From assembly GCA_044892505.1 (NCBI GenBank), contig CM097882.1, positions 543,430,001-543,494,000 on the forward strand: 64,000 nt of DNA, read 5' to 3'. The stretch comes from Schmidtea nova (Eukaryota). The stretch's first letter is position 1, and every line of letters starts with the position of its first letter. Below are positions 1 through 13,200 of this stretch, in pieces. The notes under the pieces are model-generated. The model was not told the DNA's origin. It did not search any database and saw only the letters and a list, made by a program, of their open reading frames with translations. Position numbers and translations under genes: made by a program.

Positions 1-3000
1 ACCTTGTTACCCGTCACTATGTAACGTTGGTACTGTAACAAGTGGGTGGGTATTCGCAATCAGTGAGCGTCGTCAATACGAAACTATGATTGACCGAATA
101 TCTCCTGGGTCCAAGGGCTACCGATAGAAGGTTTCTTGCCCATTTTGTCCCCTTCTTCGACGATTTATCTTTAAGCATTCAACAAAATTTTATCGGCAAT
201 TCAACATTAATATTCTACCTAACTATAAATTCGTGATTACATCCAAATAAATCATTCCGAGCATCAAAACACTAATAAAACATTAAATTTTACTTATATT
301 ATAATTTATGTTAATTATTAATGAAAGTATTCTAAAATAAAATTTTTAATTTACATTTGCATTTACGATAAAATCAAGACTTTAATTCTTAATTTGTGAA
401 TATTTATAACTAATTTACTTTTATAACTAATTGATATTCCGAAACAATTTGTTTCAATCCATCATTCAATCCACAACAAGCCGAACACCATTCAAATTCA
501 CCAAGCATAATTTTCTACGCAAATCATTTCTCTCTATTGGCAAAACAAGTAAATTTTTAAATTAATTGATATGCTGAAATTAATTCTTTTCATAGCCCTC
601 AATTTCAAAAACACAGGTGGAAACTCAGTTCGGAAATCTTAGCAACTACGTCTTATCACTTTAATCTATTTGACAGATTTGAATATCTAACAATTATCCA
701 AACCATTAATCCAATCGACAAATCCCAATTAATCAACAATCCGCGACAATGTCTAATGATCATGACTCCAATAAACCAGCGTTGTGGTCATCCATGTCAG
801 TGACAAATACTGCTTAACAATATCTTTTCTTAGTGCTGAATTTAATATATGTACTTTATTTGCATTTTTACTTTTTATGTAAAATGGTTTTTATCATACA
901 AAAGGGTAACAATTAATTATTTTAATTAAAATACTTAAAGTTTTGCTAGACGAAATATAATAATCTTTGAATTTCATGTGAAAATAAATTGATTGTCACT
1001 AGATGAAATATAATATTATTTTAAAATAATATACCAAATTTTACTTTAAAAGGCACCATAAATTCACAATAATACAATTTTTTAACTTAAACATTATTGA
1101 TTTTAAAGGCAATCTTGAAAACTTCCTAATATCCGTTACAAATAAAAAGGTTCCACACCAAATGTTTGTGGTGGGTGAATGGATGAAACCTTGGCATTGT
1201 CCTTCTGGAGGCATGCATGTCTACGCATGATGTGGGATACTATCATTTCGAGCTTGATTGTTGATACACTTTTACAGGTTTATTATGAATTTTTCATTGA
1301 TAGTGCAGGAGATTGTATGTGATTATATGTGTCTGTATGTTGACTTGAATGTTGGATGAGAATAAATAATTTATTGGTGGATGAGGTGTAGTATGATGAC
1401 TGTGTGTTCTATTGTTACTGTTGGGTTTGTGTGTGATTGTATGATGAGCGATTTAAAAACAATTGAGTGCTTGTGAGTGTGGTTGGACGTATAATTCTAA
1501 CTAGCATGTCTGTGTGAAATTTTTGGGGTAGCTGGTTGGTGTGTATGTGATTGTTGAATGTTATTGAGTGATACGGTGTAGGTGTGTCTATTGTATTTTA
1601 TACGTATGTTGTTTGTATATTAATATGGATGATGCTATTGAGTGAAAAGGGTGTAAATCTTTGCAATGGGTGATGTATTAGTATTTTAAGATGTCGTGGG
1701 GGGTTATATTATAAATTAAATAAATTGTATAAAATATTTCTAAAGTTAAAATAAAAATAAAAAAAAAATTTTTAAAGTTAAACTAATGGTAATGATTTTT
1801 AGATCAAGATAATAATAATAATTTTTAGATCGAAATAATAATAATATTTCTCATAATGCTTTTTTACAAATTTTTAAGTTTTAAAATTTCTACGAAAAAC
1901 AATTAACGATAAGGTTTATAATTTTTTATAATGTCGATTTGAATTTACAATTTTTATACTTTAAGAATAGAATAAAAAAAAATTTCTATAAAATCTCGAA
2001 TTCAGATTTTTTATAAAATAATAAAATTTATTAATATAATAATAAAATTTCAATCTAAATTTTCATGGGGTTTAATATAACTTTTGATTTTCAAATTCTC
2101 GGGAATTTTACGAAATGATAAAATCCTTTTATATATTAATAATATTAGGAACCAAATTTGGTTTACAATTTTTCCATATAAAATCTTTTCAACATAATAA
2201 AAAGCAAATTTCTATTTCTGATCCAAATGAAATGATAATAAATTTTTATCCATAAATTCAAGATCTAAATAAGCATTTAATCTAAAAAAACTTTACCTGC
2301 TAAATAAAAATAAAATAAAAATAAGTTATAAATTTTTCAACGAGTATTTTTAACCTCAAGCAAAGTAAATTTCGGTTTTGTTGAGCATGAATTTCCCAAC
2401 TAAGTGTGCGCGAACCTTTCGGGACACTTCACTCAGGAATTTCAGGCTCTCGAAAAACAAGATTCACAGGAAAACTTATTTAGACCATAATGAGCTTTAA
2501 TTCAGATTAAATCAATACTTGTTTCACAATTTGTTTCACTTCATGAGCATTATTCTAGACTTGAGCATTATTTCGAACCATTTTCTTTTCATCATCAGCA
2601 TCCATTTTTCTTGCATTTTCTTATGAGATGAACGTTGTTGAGAGTGCGAAGGTGAAGGCGAGTACGAGTCGATTTTTTAATCAATAATATTTCCTATTTT
2701 AGATTTCAAGACATGAGTTAGAAATTATTATGTTGTATTACGAAATTGCTTATGTAGATAATAAAAATATGATACTCTATTATAATACAAATCATTAGTA
2801 TAACAAAACCTTGCTCTTGGCCAAACCGCGATTCCCCAGTTGGGATGACGCGAATTTGGATGTATGAGCCTCACCTTAAAGTGGAAATATGGGCTGGCCG
2901 ATTACCAATCAGACAACGATCCACCCAGGCTACTAACAGATCCGCACAACCAAGGCTGGACGGATCGTCAGAAGATATGGGAGAAAAAAAAAAAAAAAAA

Positions 3001-4171
3001 TTTTTATTTATTTTCATAATTTAATTTAGTTATCGAATTTCAATGAGATCTTTCCTGAATTATTTTGGGAATTTGTGGCTCGTGATAATGATTATGACAA
3101 CAAAAAAGAAACTAAGCTATTAATCATGAAAATACTTTAATAATATAAAATTGACCATAATAAATAAAATGACAAATAACATATTAAATAAAAAAGGGGG
3201 GAATGGGATGATCGTCAGGCATGACGGACGACCATTCCAATCCCCAATGAGAATAACCAAAATCAAACAAATCCTTACGTTTGTCCAATTAACTTCTGCT
3301 ACGATTTCTTTCAAACAAATTAATTTTTTCTTAGAAATTTGGAACGATTTTTCCACAAATTTTCTTGGAATCAACTTCTGATAGTAACTTCTTGGAATCA
3401 AATTCTGATATTAGCTTTTCTCTTCTCTTCTTGAAATCAAATTAGCTTTTCTTCTTGCAATCAAATTCTCAAGTTGGATTTCACAAAAGTTATTTTTCGC
3501 AATTTCTCCGTAAATTAATCAAGAAAAATTTTCCACCAAATTCTGAAATCTGCCATTTTGATGGCGGTATATATACCATCAAATTTTTTCTATCTCCGGT
3601 AGTGCAATAAAACAAATTGTTCTAGAAGTTTCTCTTAATTTTTTCTAAATTAATTCTAATGATTTTCCGAAAATTAATTCCATATTTTTGTATAATAATT
3701 TTTTATAAACTATAAATAATTTATTTTAATTAAAAATTTTTATGTTTGAATCGAAATTTGTTCGATTTGATTTAATTTATGATTTTCGATCCATATTAAT
3801 TCTTTCTATTGTTATATGTGAAATTTTGTGATAAATTCACAATTTTCCTCTAGAATTGTGTTAATTTTTCTGCACTGAGGATTTTTATGACAAAATTCTG
3901 TTCTTTATGGGCACTTTCAATGGGTTTTCCGCCTATTCTAGCTTCCAAACATTCTGCTTTTAATTTCTCTCGAGATTTCCGTGGAAATATTTACAAATTC
4001 GCAGTTAGCGCGTACTCTACCGGTTGATGTATTTTGATTCCACTTCACCTTCTGATGCTTTCCGCTTAATTGTTAGATTTTTAATGGCAGCTAAGGCTAA
4101 AATGAAATCTTGCGCGCTCTCTACCTATTGGGTTATCGTTTTATTAAAACAAATTGCGTTTTGGCCCAACA
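1..4171 (-). repeat. 3' LTR (partial, continues left of window)
   Basis: Matches 24387-28558 and diverges right after ...ttggcccaaca at 4171. In spot checks the only difference found was an A9 vs A10 homopolymer (about 1974-1982 vs 26360-26369). Confidence 0.93.
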
Positions 4172-4420
4172 TAAAATACTCGGGGGCCCGCAAAAATTGC
4201 GTCCCGCAATTTCTCAGAGGGGTTAAGAACCAAGACTAATCAAAGGTCAAAAGGTTGTACATTATACACGAGCTACTTGGTCGTGATCATGCCGTTCGCG
4301 ACAATAAAAATAAAAAGTTTATATAAAAAAAAAAAAATAAAAATTAATAAAATTATACATATACATAAATATGAGTCTACATCGACTCGCAAGCAAAATT
4401 AAATGTAATGTAATATATGT

Positions 4421-4540
4421 GCCTGCAGCGGCTAATCAAAGTTCGATATGAGTCTACAACGACTCGGATAAAAGTTTTACGCCTACAGCGGCTAATCAAA
4501 GTTCAATATGAGTCTACAACGACTCGGATAAAAGTTTTAT
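4421..4540. repeat. Tandem 60-bp duplication in element 3' UTR
   Basis: 4421-4480 vs 4481-4540 differ at 3 positions. A partial third copy lies at 4371-4389. Confidence 0.9.
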
Positions 4541-5058
4541 AAAGTTCAGTTAAATTGTTTATATTCTGGAACTTGACGAACAGTACTGCATTGATTGTTC
4601 CATTGCAAATTGATGATTTGTTTCTCGTTTTCTGAGTCATCTTGGGGATTGTTCCGCTTTGGTTGACATAGTTGACAATTCGTTTGGTAATAGAGTGGAG
4701 CGATTATGAGTTGATTGGGTATGCTCCGTAATGTTTATCCATTCGGTCTTGATTTGGATCATGTAATTCGGGTTTTTTCGGATGTGACCGCTCGTAACTG
4801 GCCATTAGAAGTTCATCATTTGACTTTGTCCATTCTTTCATAGATTATCTGATCTCGATTCATTGGACGATTTATTAAGGTAATTGTTCTGGAATTTGAT
4901 TGATCGTAGGTGGGGATTTTGGTTCTTGCTTCAAAGGTTTGATTTTTCTCTTGATTGGAGCTTTGTTTTAAGATTTTGCTGGCTCCTTTTTCGCATTATT
5001 GCGTTTAATTGTTTCTTTCAAATTTTTCTTGATTGTTTTTGTTTTTGTTTTTGTTTTT

Positions 5059-5059
<1 letters not shown>

Positions 5060-5098
<39 letters not shown>

Positions 5099-5119
5099 AC
5101 AATTAATCATACTTTTATT
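5060..5119 (-). promoter_or_regulatory. AATAAA followed 20 nt later by an encoded A34 tract
   Basis: Plus-strand TTTATT at 5114-5119 and T-run at 5060-5093, about 160-180 nt downstream of the polyprotein stop. Confidence 0.7.
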
Positions 5120-5274
5120 ATAATATATTTTGTACATTATTTACACTTCATTTTGTTTGTTACCCCAACGTCTTCAAACACATTTTTTGATTTTTGGTGT
5201 TTTTCATTATACAATTTTCTCATACTTTTACGATACTATATATTTTATACATTATTTACACTTTGTTTCGTTTG

Positions 5275-7212
5275 TTACACCAACGTCTCCTGAGGGCCGA
5301 AATGTAGGTTTCGCATTCCCCCATATAATTCATTTGTAGTTCGATATATATCTGCTTCTATTATTGACGGATTTATCGTTGGTGGTAGTCCTTGCATCCA
5401 CATTCCATTGAATTCTGATCCATTGCATATCTCATATTCGTCTTCCGTCTTTACTTCTTCTAAACTGATTCCATATTCGAACTTCTCGATGCTTGGCCAC
5501 TGTCTCTTTCTTTTCGTTTTTCTTTTACATCTTCCAGTGATTTTTGCATGTTGTGTGAGAATCAAAACCAATATTGCGCCTATTATTCCGGCAGTTATCC
5601 ATATCATTTTGATTGCTATTTTTGATTCCTCTACTGCTGCTGATATTGTTGTTGGAGATTCCGTTGTTGTTTGTACGATTTTGATCGGTCTCCCTCCTTG
5701 AATTATTCGTTCGGCTTCTTCCTCCGATATATATTTATTATAAACTGTTGGTTTGGTTGTTGTTAGTATTTGATCTTCTATACTGAATTCTCTGGTATCG
5801 TCTACTCGTCTAGGTAATTTCGAAATAAATTGACATGTTGGATCTTCATTTAATTTTTTGTAGAGGCATACCCGGTATTTAGTTCCTCGTTCCCATCCGG
5901 CTACATAATATTCCTCTTCTTCAATGAATGATTTTTCTTCTTTATTGCTCACACTTTTACACTTTTCTTGTTGTAGTTTTACTTCATAAATGCATATTCT
6001 AGCAATAAGATGTCCTTGTACGTTCTTGACTTTTATAATATCATTTTGAAAGAATTTTTCGGTTTCCTTTTGTATTTGGTTTGGAGTGATTGATATTTCT
6101 ATTTCTTTTCTGTAACCTTTGACTATCGTTGGTTTTTCTGTTACAGTTATTGTTGCTCTTGGGAGTCTTATTGCTTTTTCATCCGGTTCTCTCCCGCTTT
6201 CTGTGCTTGTTATTATTTGTTCTGTCGTGGTGTGTTCTTGACAAATTGGGACGAAAGTTCTCCATATGCATATTAGATACGTTGTTTTTGATTCTAACTC
6301 TTTGATTATCATTTGCTCCTTTCCCTTTACTGACTGTTGATAACATTTGCTAGGGTTGTCAAGCCCACTATTCATATCGACCTTTCTCCAACAAACCTTT
6401 TTGATTACTTCCTCGTGGTTGTTTATTAGTATTATTTCCGTGGATTTCGTTTCTACTATCAGAGGGTAATACGTAGTTGTTCCACTGGTTGTTGTAGTTG
6501 TCGTTATGATTTCCTTGGTGGGTTTTTCTAGACATAGTTTTTGTGTCCATATTCTTCTTATGCATATCGTATAGCTTGTTCCTGGCTTCAATCCTGGTAT
6601 TCTGAATTTTCCATTTTGGCCTGTCATTTGAAATTTACACGATAATTGTCTGTCCTTATTTTGCATATGGATGGTTTTTATCCAACAAATTTGAGTTATA
6701 GGCTCTCTCACATTGTTTGTTACCATCATTTCTTTTTCTTTCACTTCTATTGTTGTTTTGTTCTGGATCGTCATCATAACCTTTTTATCTTGTTCTTCTT
6801 CTTCGTTTTCTTCTTCATTTTCATCTATTGGGGTTTTTGTGACACTTTGTATTTTTTCTAGCCTGTTCCTCTCGTTTCCCATTTTCGTAATCATTTCTTT
6901 AGCTGCACAGATTGCTCTTATTTGATTTGTTCGATATATACATATTATATATGTTGTTCCTGATTCGAGTTTTTCGACCTTTTGTTCTTCTCCTATTGCT
7001 AATGCTGTTCTTATGCATTTCTGGTGATCACTGACTCCATTTTTCCGTATTGCAACTGTACATATTTTAATTATTAGCTCTCCTTTGATATTCGTTATCC
7101 ATATATTTTCTGTATCTGTAACTATTCTTGCCTCTGCTCTCCTCTGATCAAATATATAATCGATTGCTTTCACCCAATTCAACATTGTCAATAATATTGT
7201 CATAATTATTGT
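5275..7212 (-). other. C-terminal type-I membrane module: signal-like peptide, four Cys-containing FN3-like repeats, TM helix, cytoplasmic tail
   Basis: IIMTILLTMLNWVKA/ID at 7165-7212. Repeats end LESGTTYIICI, LKPGTSYTICI, LESKTTYLICI, WERGTKYRVCL. TM IWITAGIIGAILVLIL (5556-5604) is followed by a basic stop-transfer KRKTKRKR, and the protein ends ETLV*. Confidence 0.72.
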
Positions 7213-10200
7213 ATTTTTACCTGGATTTTTAAGTAGACATACCGTTCGATTTTCATAGTTGGAATTTTCTTGTTCATTCTTGTTCTCTTTATTTTCATCT
7301 TTGTTTTCATTGTTTTTATTCTCCCATTTCTCACTGTTTCCGTGATTTCCGTGATCACTGTTATCATCATTTTGCTGCTGTTCGTTGCTATCGTTGTCTT
7401 CATCGTCTGGTTTATCGTTTGATTTATCGTCATCGGGGTCGTTTAGATCACCCTCGGTTTCTTTTGAAATGTCGTCCTCGACATTTATATCCTTTATTAT
7501 TTCCCAATACAATTTGATAATTCTTTGTTCATCTAGTTTTATTTCACCCATTTTGCATTTCAATGTTCCAGCATCGTCGTGGAGATAACTCTTGTCTTTA
7601 TTTTTGATCTTTTTTCGCCATTCTTTAACCAATTCAAGTAGTTTTTCTCTCTTTGTTTTTATTTTCATTTCTTCGTTTGGCTTGTTTGTGAATCTGAAAT
7701 CTGGTCTTTTTAGTAGTGCTTTTGCTACTCTAGGTAATGTCCAATTTTCAATCAAAGCTCGCTCCATTAACACATTTTTATCATATTTGAACTCGTTGTT
7801 CACATTCATCAGTCCTTCTCCAGAGAGTGGATCTTTCCATTTTATCATTTTTGAAGCTACTATTTCATCTTTTCTTATCACTGCCCTTAATAATGGCTTT
7901 GGATTTAAACTCAGTATTTCGATGTCCTCTTGACTTGCTTTTGATAAAAGATACTTGGCTATTGTATAATAAGGTGATCTGTAGACATATGATAATACAG
8001 TTTCATTGTTGTTATCCCTTTCTTTGATACTTGACCCTGTTCTTAATAACTCCTCGATTAAGTCTTTGGACCCTCCTTCTTCTACCGCTAGCATTAATGG
8101 TGTTTGTCCTTTCCAATTTTTTATATTCGAGTGTTGTCCGCATCTTTCCATGAGTTTAATTATTTCCATAGCTCTTTTTCCTTCTCCCTTCCTCAAGGCT
8201 ACATTTAGTGGTGTTTCCTCATTAAAATCAGTCATTGTAAATAATATTGGCATCCGCTCCTTGATTATATCAATGAAATTTGGTGTTGCCTTTCCTCTGG
8301 CATACTCATTTATTATCCGATTTAGTCCGTTTATTATTTCGAATACGTGTTTGCCTTCTGTCCATTCCGGCATAATTTCTTTTGCTGTTCCTATTATCAG
8401 ATCCATTTCTTTTATATGTTCCATTCTCGCATCATCCGTTATTTTTTGCTTAATTTTTAATGTTGGACTTCTCATCTTTGGTGCAAAGAATGTTGCTCCA
8501 CAACATCCACATCCTTTACTCTTTCTAAGCATGCATATTTGTCTTGTCTGTGATCTGGTCATTATCCTCCTTTCCTCTGGTTCTTTTGTCGCAGTTTTTT
8601 CTACTCGTTTACATCTACACACGTTCACGTATATCGGTCGAACTAACGGATTGTTGACTAATTTTACCCGGATGTTATTTTCGCTAACAAATATGACTTC
8701 ATATGGTCCTTTTCCCGTTCTCTGTAATTTTTTCGCTGTTCCTGGGATGATTTCTGGTGTTTCGACTATCACCCAATCGCCTAGCTTGAACTGATGTTCG
8801 TGTACATTTCTCTTTTTGTCATGTAGTTCTTTGTAGCTCTCTTGATTGAATCGTATATTCATACCTGCAACTTTCCAAATTTCTTGCATTCGCTCCTTGA
8901 ATTTTGTTACGTAATCGTCGATTTCCATATATTGTGATATTGGTGGTTGATATTCAAGATCCATTGGCATGTTACATTCTCTGCCGTACATCAATTTAAA
9001 CGGACTCATTTTTGTTGCCGAGTGAATCGACATACGGTATGCCATTAGACATAGATTCACATATTCATCCCAATCCTTTTGGTGTTTACTGACATAATTT
9101 GACATCATCTCAATCAATATTCCGTTAAATCTCTCCGTTTGTCCATTTGTTTGGGGGTGATATGGTGAAGTTCTCAACTTAGCAATTCTGAAATAATTGG
9201 TAACTTCGTTGATGATCTCGCTCATAAAATTTGTTCCTTGATCGGTTAATATTTGTTTTGGTGTTCCATATCTACAACATATTTCTTCGACTAATATTTT
9301 GGCTATTGTTCTAGCTTTCTGATCTGGCATTGCAAATGCTTCTGGGAATTTTGTTAAGTAATCAGTTATTACTAATATATAAACATTTCCATGATTCGTT
9401 TCTGGTAATGGTCCTACTACATCCATTGCGATCATTGTCATAGGTTCTGGTGGAATTGGCATTGGTTTTAAAGGTGTTTTCATTTTACTGCCAGTGCTTT
9501 TTCGCGTTGCACATATTAAACAATTCCTAATCCATTCTTTCACATCTTCTCCAATATTTGGCCAAAAATACTTCTGTTTTAATCTCGCTTCCGTTTTCTT
9601 AGCTGACATATGTCCACCAAGTTTTCCATCGTGGTATTGCATCAAGATGTCTTTCCTTCTACCTTCTGGTAAACACATGAGTCTTTTTTCTCCGTCCATT
9701 GCTAATAACCAGCCTTTTTCGATTGTATATTTGTGCCTGTTTTTCTCCATATGCTCCTTTAGTTGGCTGTTATGATCAAAGATTTTCATATCATTCTTAT
9801 TCAAATATTCGATGATTAATTTTAGCTCTTCATCTTCATTTTGTTCTTGTTGTAGTTTAGTGAAATCAATATCTTCTGCGATTATCATACATATTCGCCT
9901 GACATCTTTATCCATTAGTTCCTCAAACATAAACCTTGACATGCAATCCGCATTTGCATTCGCTTTCCCTGACTTGAACTTTATATATGGCGAATATTCT
10001 TGCAGCTGCATTGCCCATCTCATTAATCTGCTTGACGCTTCTTTGTGCTGGCCTAACCATACTAACGGTTGATGATCTGTTGTGATGTATATTTCGTGAC
10101 CCCATAATAGATATTTGAAATGTTTAATCGCCTGAATGATTGCTAGCGCTTCTCTTTCCGTTACCGAGTAATTCTTCTCGTGTTTTCGAAAGGTTTTGCT

Positions 10201-13200
10201 GTAATATCCTATCACTCTTTCTCTCCCATCTTCATCCCATTGTCCTAGTACGGCTCCTGACGCGTATCCACTTGCGTCGGTTGCTAATAGAAATGGTTTT
10301 TTGAAATCTGGGTGTACTAATATTGGCGATGAAATTAACTTGTCTCGCAACTCTTCAAATGCATTTTGTTGCTCTCTTTCCCAGATAAATGGTGTATCTT
10401 TCTTGACTAGCTCTTGTACAGGCTTTGCAATTCCGGCATAGTTTTTAATAAATTTCCGATAATAACCACATAGTCCTAAAAATTCTTGTACTTGGGTTAT
10501 GGTTTTCGGTATAGGACAATTTTTTATCTTTTCGATATTTCTTGGGTCCGGCTCTTTTCCTTTAGCTGATACAATGTGACCCAAAAAGGTAACTTTTGGT
10601 TTTGCCCAATCACATTTTGATGGTTTCAATTTTAATTTCCATTGCCTTAATCGGATGAATACGTTTTGGATATCTTGTAAATGTTGTTCAAACGTACCCG
10701 AGTAAATCAATAAATCGTCAATATATACCATACATTGTTTTATCCCGTGAGTTACAAAATTCATGCATCTTTGAAATGACGCAGGTGCATTAGTTAAACC
10801 AAATGGCATCTTCTTGAACTGGTACAGATCTTTTCCGATGGTAAACGCTGTTTTCTCTCTGTCCTCTTCTTTCACTTTAATCTGCCAGTAACCGCTTTTC
10901 AAATCTAATGACGTGAAGTATGCTGCACCATGTAATGTTTGTAACATTTCGTTGATATCTGGTAACGGGTATGTATCTCTCTTGGTTACTGCGTTCAATT
11001 GTCGATAATCAATACAAAATCGTTGGGTACCATCTTTCTTTTTTACCATTACTACTGGAAATTGCCATGGTGAACAACTTGGTTCAATCACATCTGCGTC
11101 TAACATCTTTTGCACTTCGGCTTCGGCCACTGCTTTCTGCGCCTCTGCTAGTCGATATGGTCTCAATGTGATCGGTGTTTCGTCTGTTAGGGGAATAGTA
11201 TGTTGAGTTACATCACTCGTTCCCAAGTCTAAATCTGATGCTGCAAAGATGTCTTTAAATTCTAACAATACTGTTTTTAGTTTTTCTTTTTCAATATCGT
11301 TTAAAATTTCACTGTCGATTACCCATAACTCCTCCACTTTACTTTCATCCTCTTGAATTTTAGGTAATTCAATATTCATCATCGGGGTTAATTTTCCCAA
11401 TCTCTCATTTTCGTAAATGATTTTGTCTTCCTCATCGAAATTGGTGATGTTGATTGGTATTTCGTTTTCTTTATTGACGTTCACTATTTCTCTTGCCAAT
11501 GGTAACTCTTTTCTCATCTCAAAATTTTGATTTGGCTCAAATATCATTTCCCCGACTGCCGTGTCTTTTACTTTGGTGAAACATATCATTTGCGTTCTTC
11601 CTGGTACGACAATTTTCTTTGAACACCTTACTTCCGTTTTCATTGAACAGATTTGTCCGCTTTTATCTTTCAATCTCATCGTACTCAAATCGATAACAAT
11701 CTCCTTTAATAATTCTGGCATTAAGTCTGTACCAATGATACATGAGGCACCCAATTGTTTTATTACAGCTAAATAAGTAGACATCTCTACGTCTTTATAC
11801 TTAATATCTGACCATATTTTCCCAATAACTTTGACTGATTCTTTATTGCACGTGACCACATCCATTGGTGCTTCTTCAATGCAAGGCCATAACATGCCTG
11901 GTATCATGTTCATGTTTATTGCTGATATATTTGCACCGGTATCTATCATTGCATCCATTTCAACACCGTTGATTTCAATGGCAATAGTAAGGGTTGGTCC
12001 AGCTGATGTTCTCATCATGGCTATTGTCATTGTTTCTAGATTTTTCTCTTCGCTTTGTGGTCTGTTTAGTATTGTTGGGTCTGGTCTGTTTAGTATTGCC
12101 GGGTCAATCATTGCCCAATTTGGTTCGTAATGTGCTGGGTAGAAATTTGGCATTGGTAACATTCGTAGTCCAGCTCGTGTTTTTTCTCTCACTGTTCCTG
12201 GTCTTTGTGGGTTAGGGTATGTCATTGGTGGTAAATTTTGACCTTCCCATTGTTTTGATTTTTCTGCTTCCCATATTGGTGCGGTACCATTTGATCCGGA
12301 GTTCGTTCCTCCTTGATTTCCTTTGTCATCGTTATCACTATCGTCATCATCCGAATCTTTCCTTCGGTTATCCCACCATCTTTTCCATCCACTAGGTCTG
12401 GTTTCTTTATATTTCGTTCTCTCTGCTTCGTTTTTCATAATGAATCTAAATTTTCTACCGATCTCTTCGTCGGTTCCTTTCATCTTGGTCAATATTCCAA
12501 TTAACCTCTTTATTCTATGAATGTCTTTTGAATGCCCATGCAATACCATAGTTTTAGCCAAAAATGGTAGGAATCCAAGTGCCATTTTCCAATTGATTTG
12601 TCTCTCTCTTTTATAGATATCAAAACAAGCTAGCATCTGAGTTATAATAACTCTGACTATTTGAATAATTAGGATTATCCCTAATATTCCTGCCATCATC
12701 TGTCCAAATACTAAGAATCTTCCCCACATGGCTTTCATCATATTATTGGTTGCGTGTTTAAAATGTTCTGGTGACAACAATAACTCGTAGTTCGGACTTC
12801 CCACGAAATTTGTTCCACCGGTTATGGCTATAATATTTGATAATACTGCTTGTCTTTGGGTTGGAAATAGTATATGCTTTCTCGCTGCTTCTAAATCTGC
12901 ATCTCTGTACACTCCACTGTGTGAAATATCTATGGGTTTAAATTCTATTTCTGTTGTTAACTCTGTTAATCCAAATCGTTTAGGTGCTGATACAATTTGC
13001 CGATTTGGAAAAACTACCCATTTTGCATTTCCCATGTCATACATTGGTCCATACGCATTACTGCAATTGAACTGATGGGGTTCGTAATTTGGTGGATTTA
13101 TTATTCTCGTTACTGCTTGTACAAATCGACTTCTTCCCTTGTAGAATATTTCCAATTCGTTAGTACATCGGTTTTCTGGTATTCTTGGTCTTTCCGGTAG

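Noticed and set aside
430-1700. C/A-rich block followed by G/T-rich block within the LTR as a long hairpin
   Set aside because: Complementarity is only compositional. I could not find extended exact inverted matches by eye, and a folding computation would be needed.
3120-3401. 93-aa and 76-aa ORFs in the LTR (duplicated at 27507-27788)
   Set aside because: Short, low-complexity AT-rich frames with no motifs. They recur only because the LTR is duplicated.
4800-4980. About 59-aa minus-strand ORF in the element 3' UTR (MRKGASK...)
   Set aside because: Short, with no recognisable motif or supporting signal.
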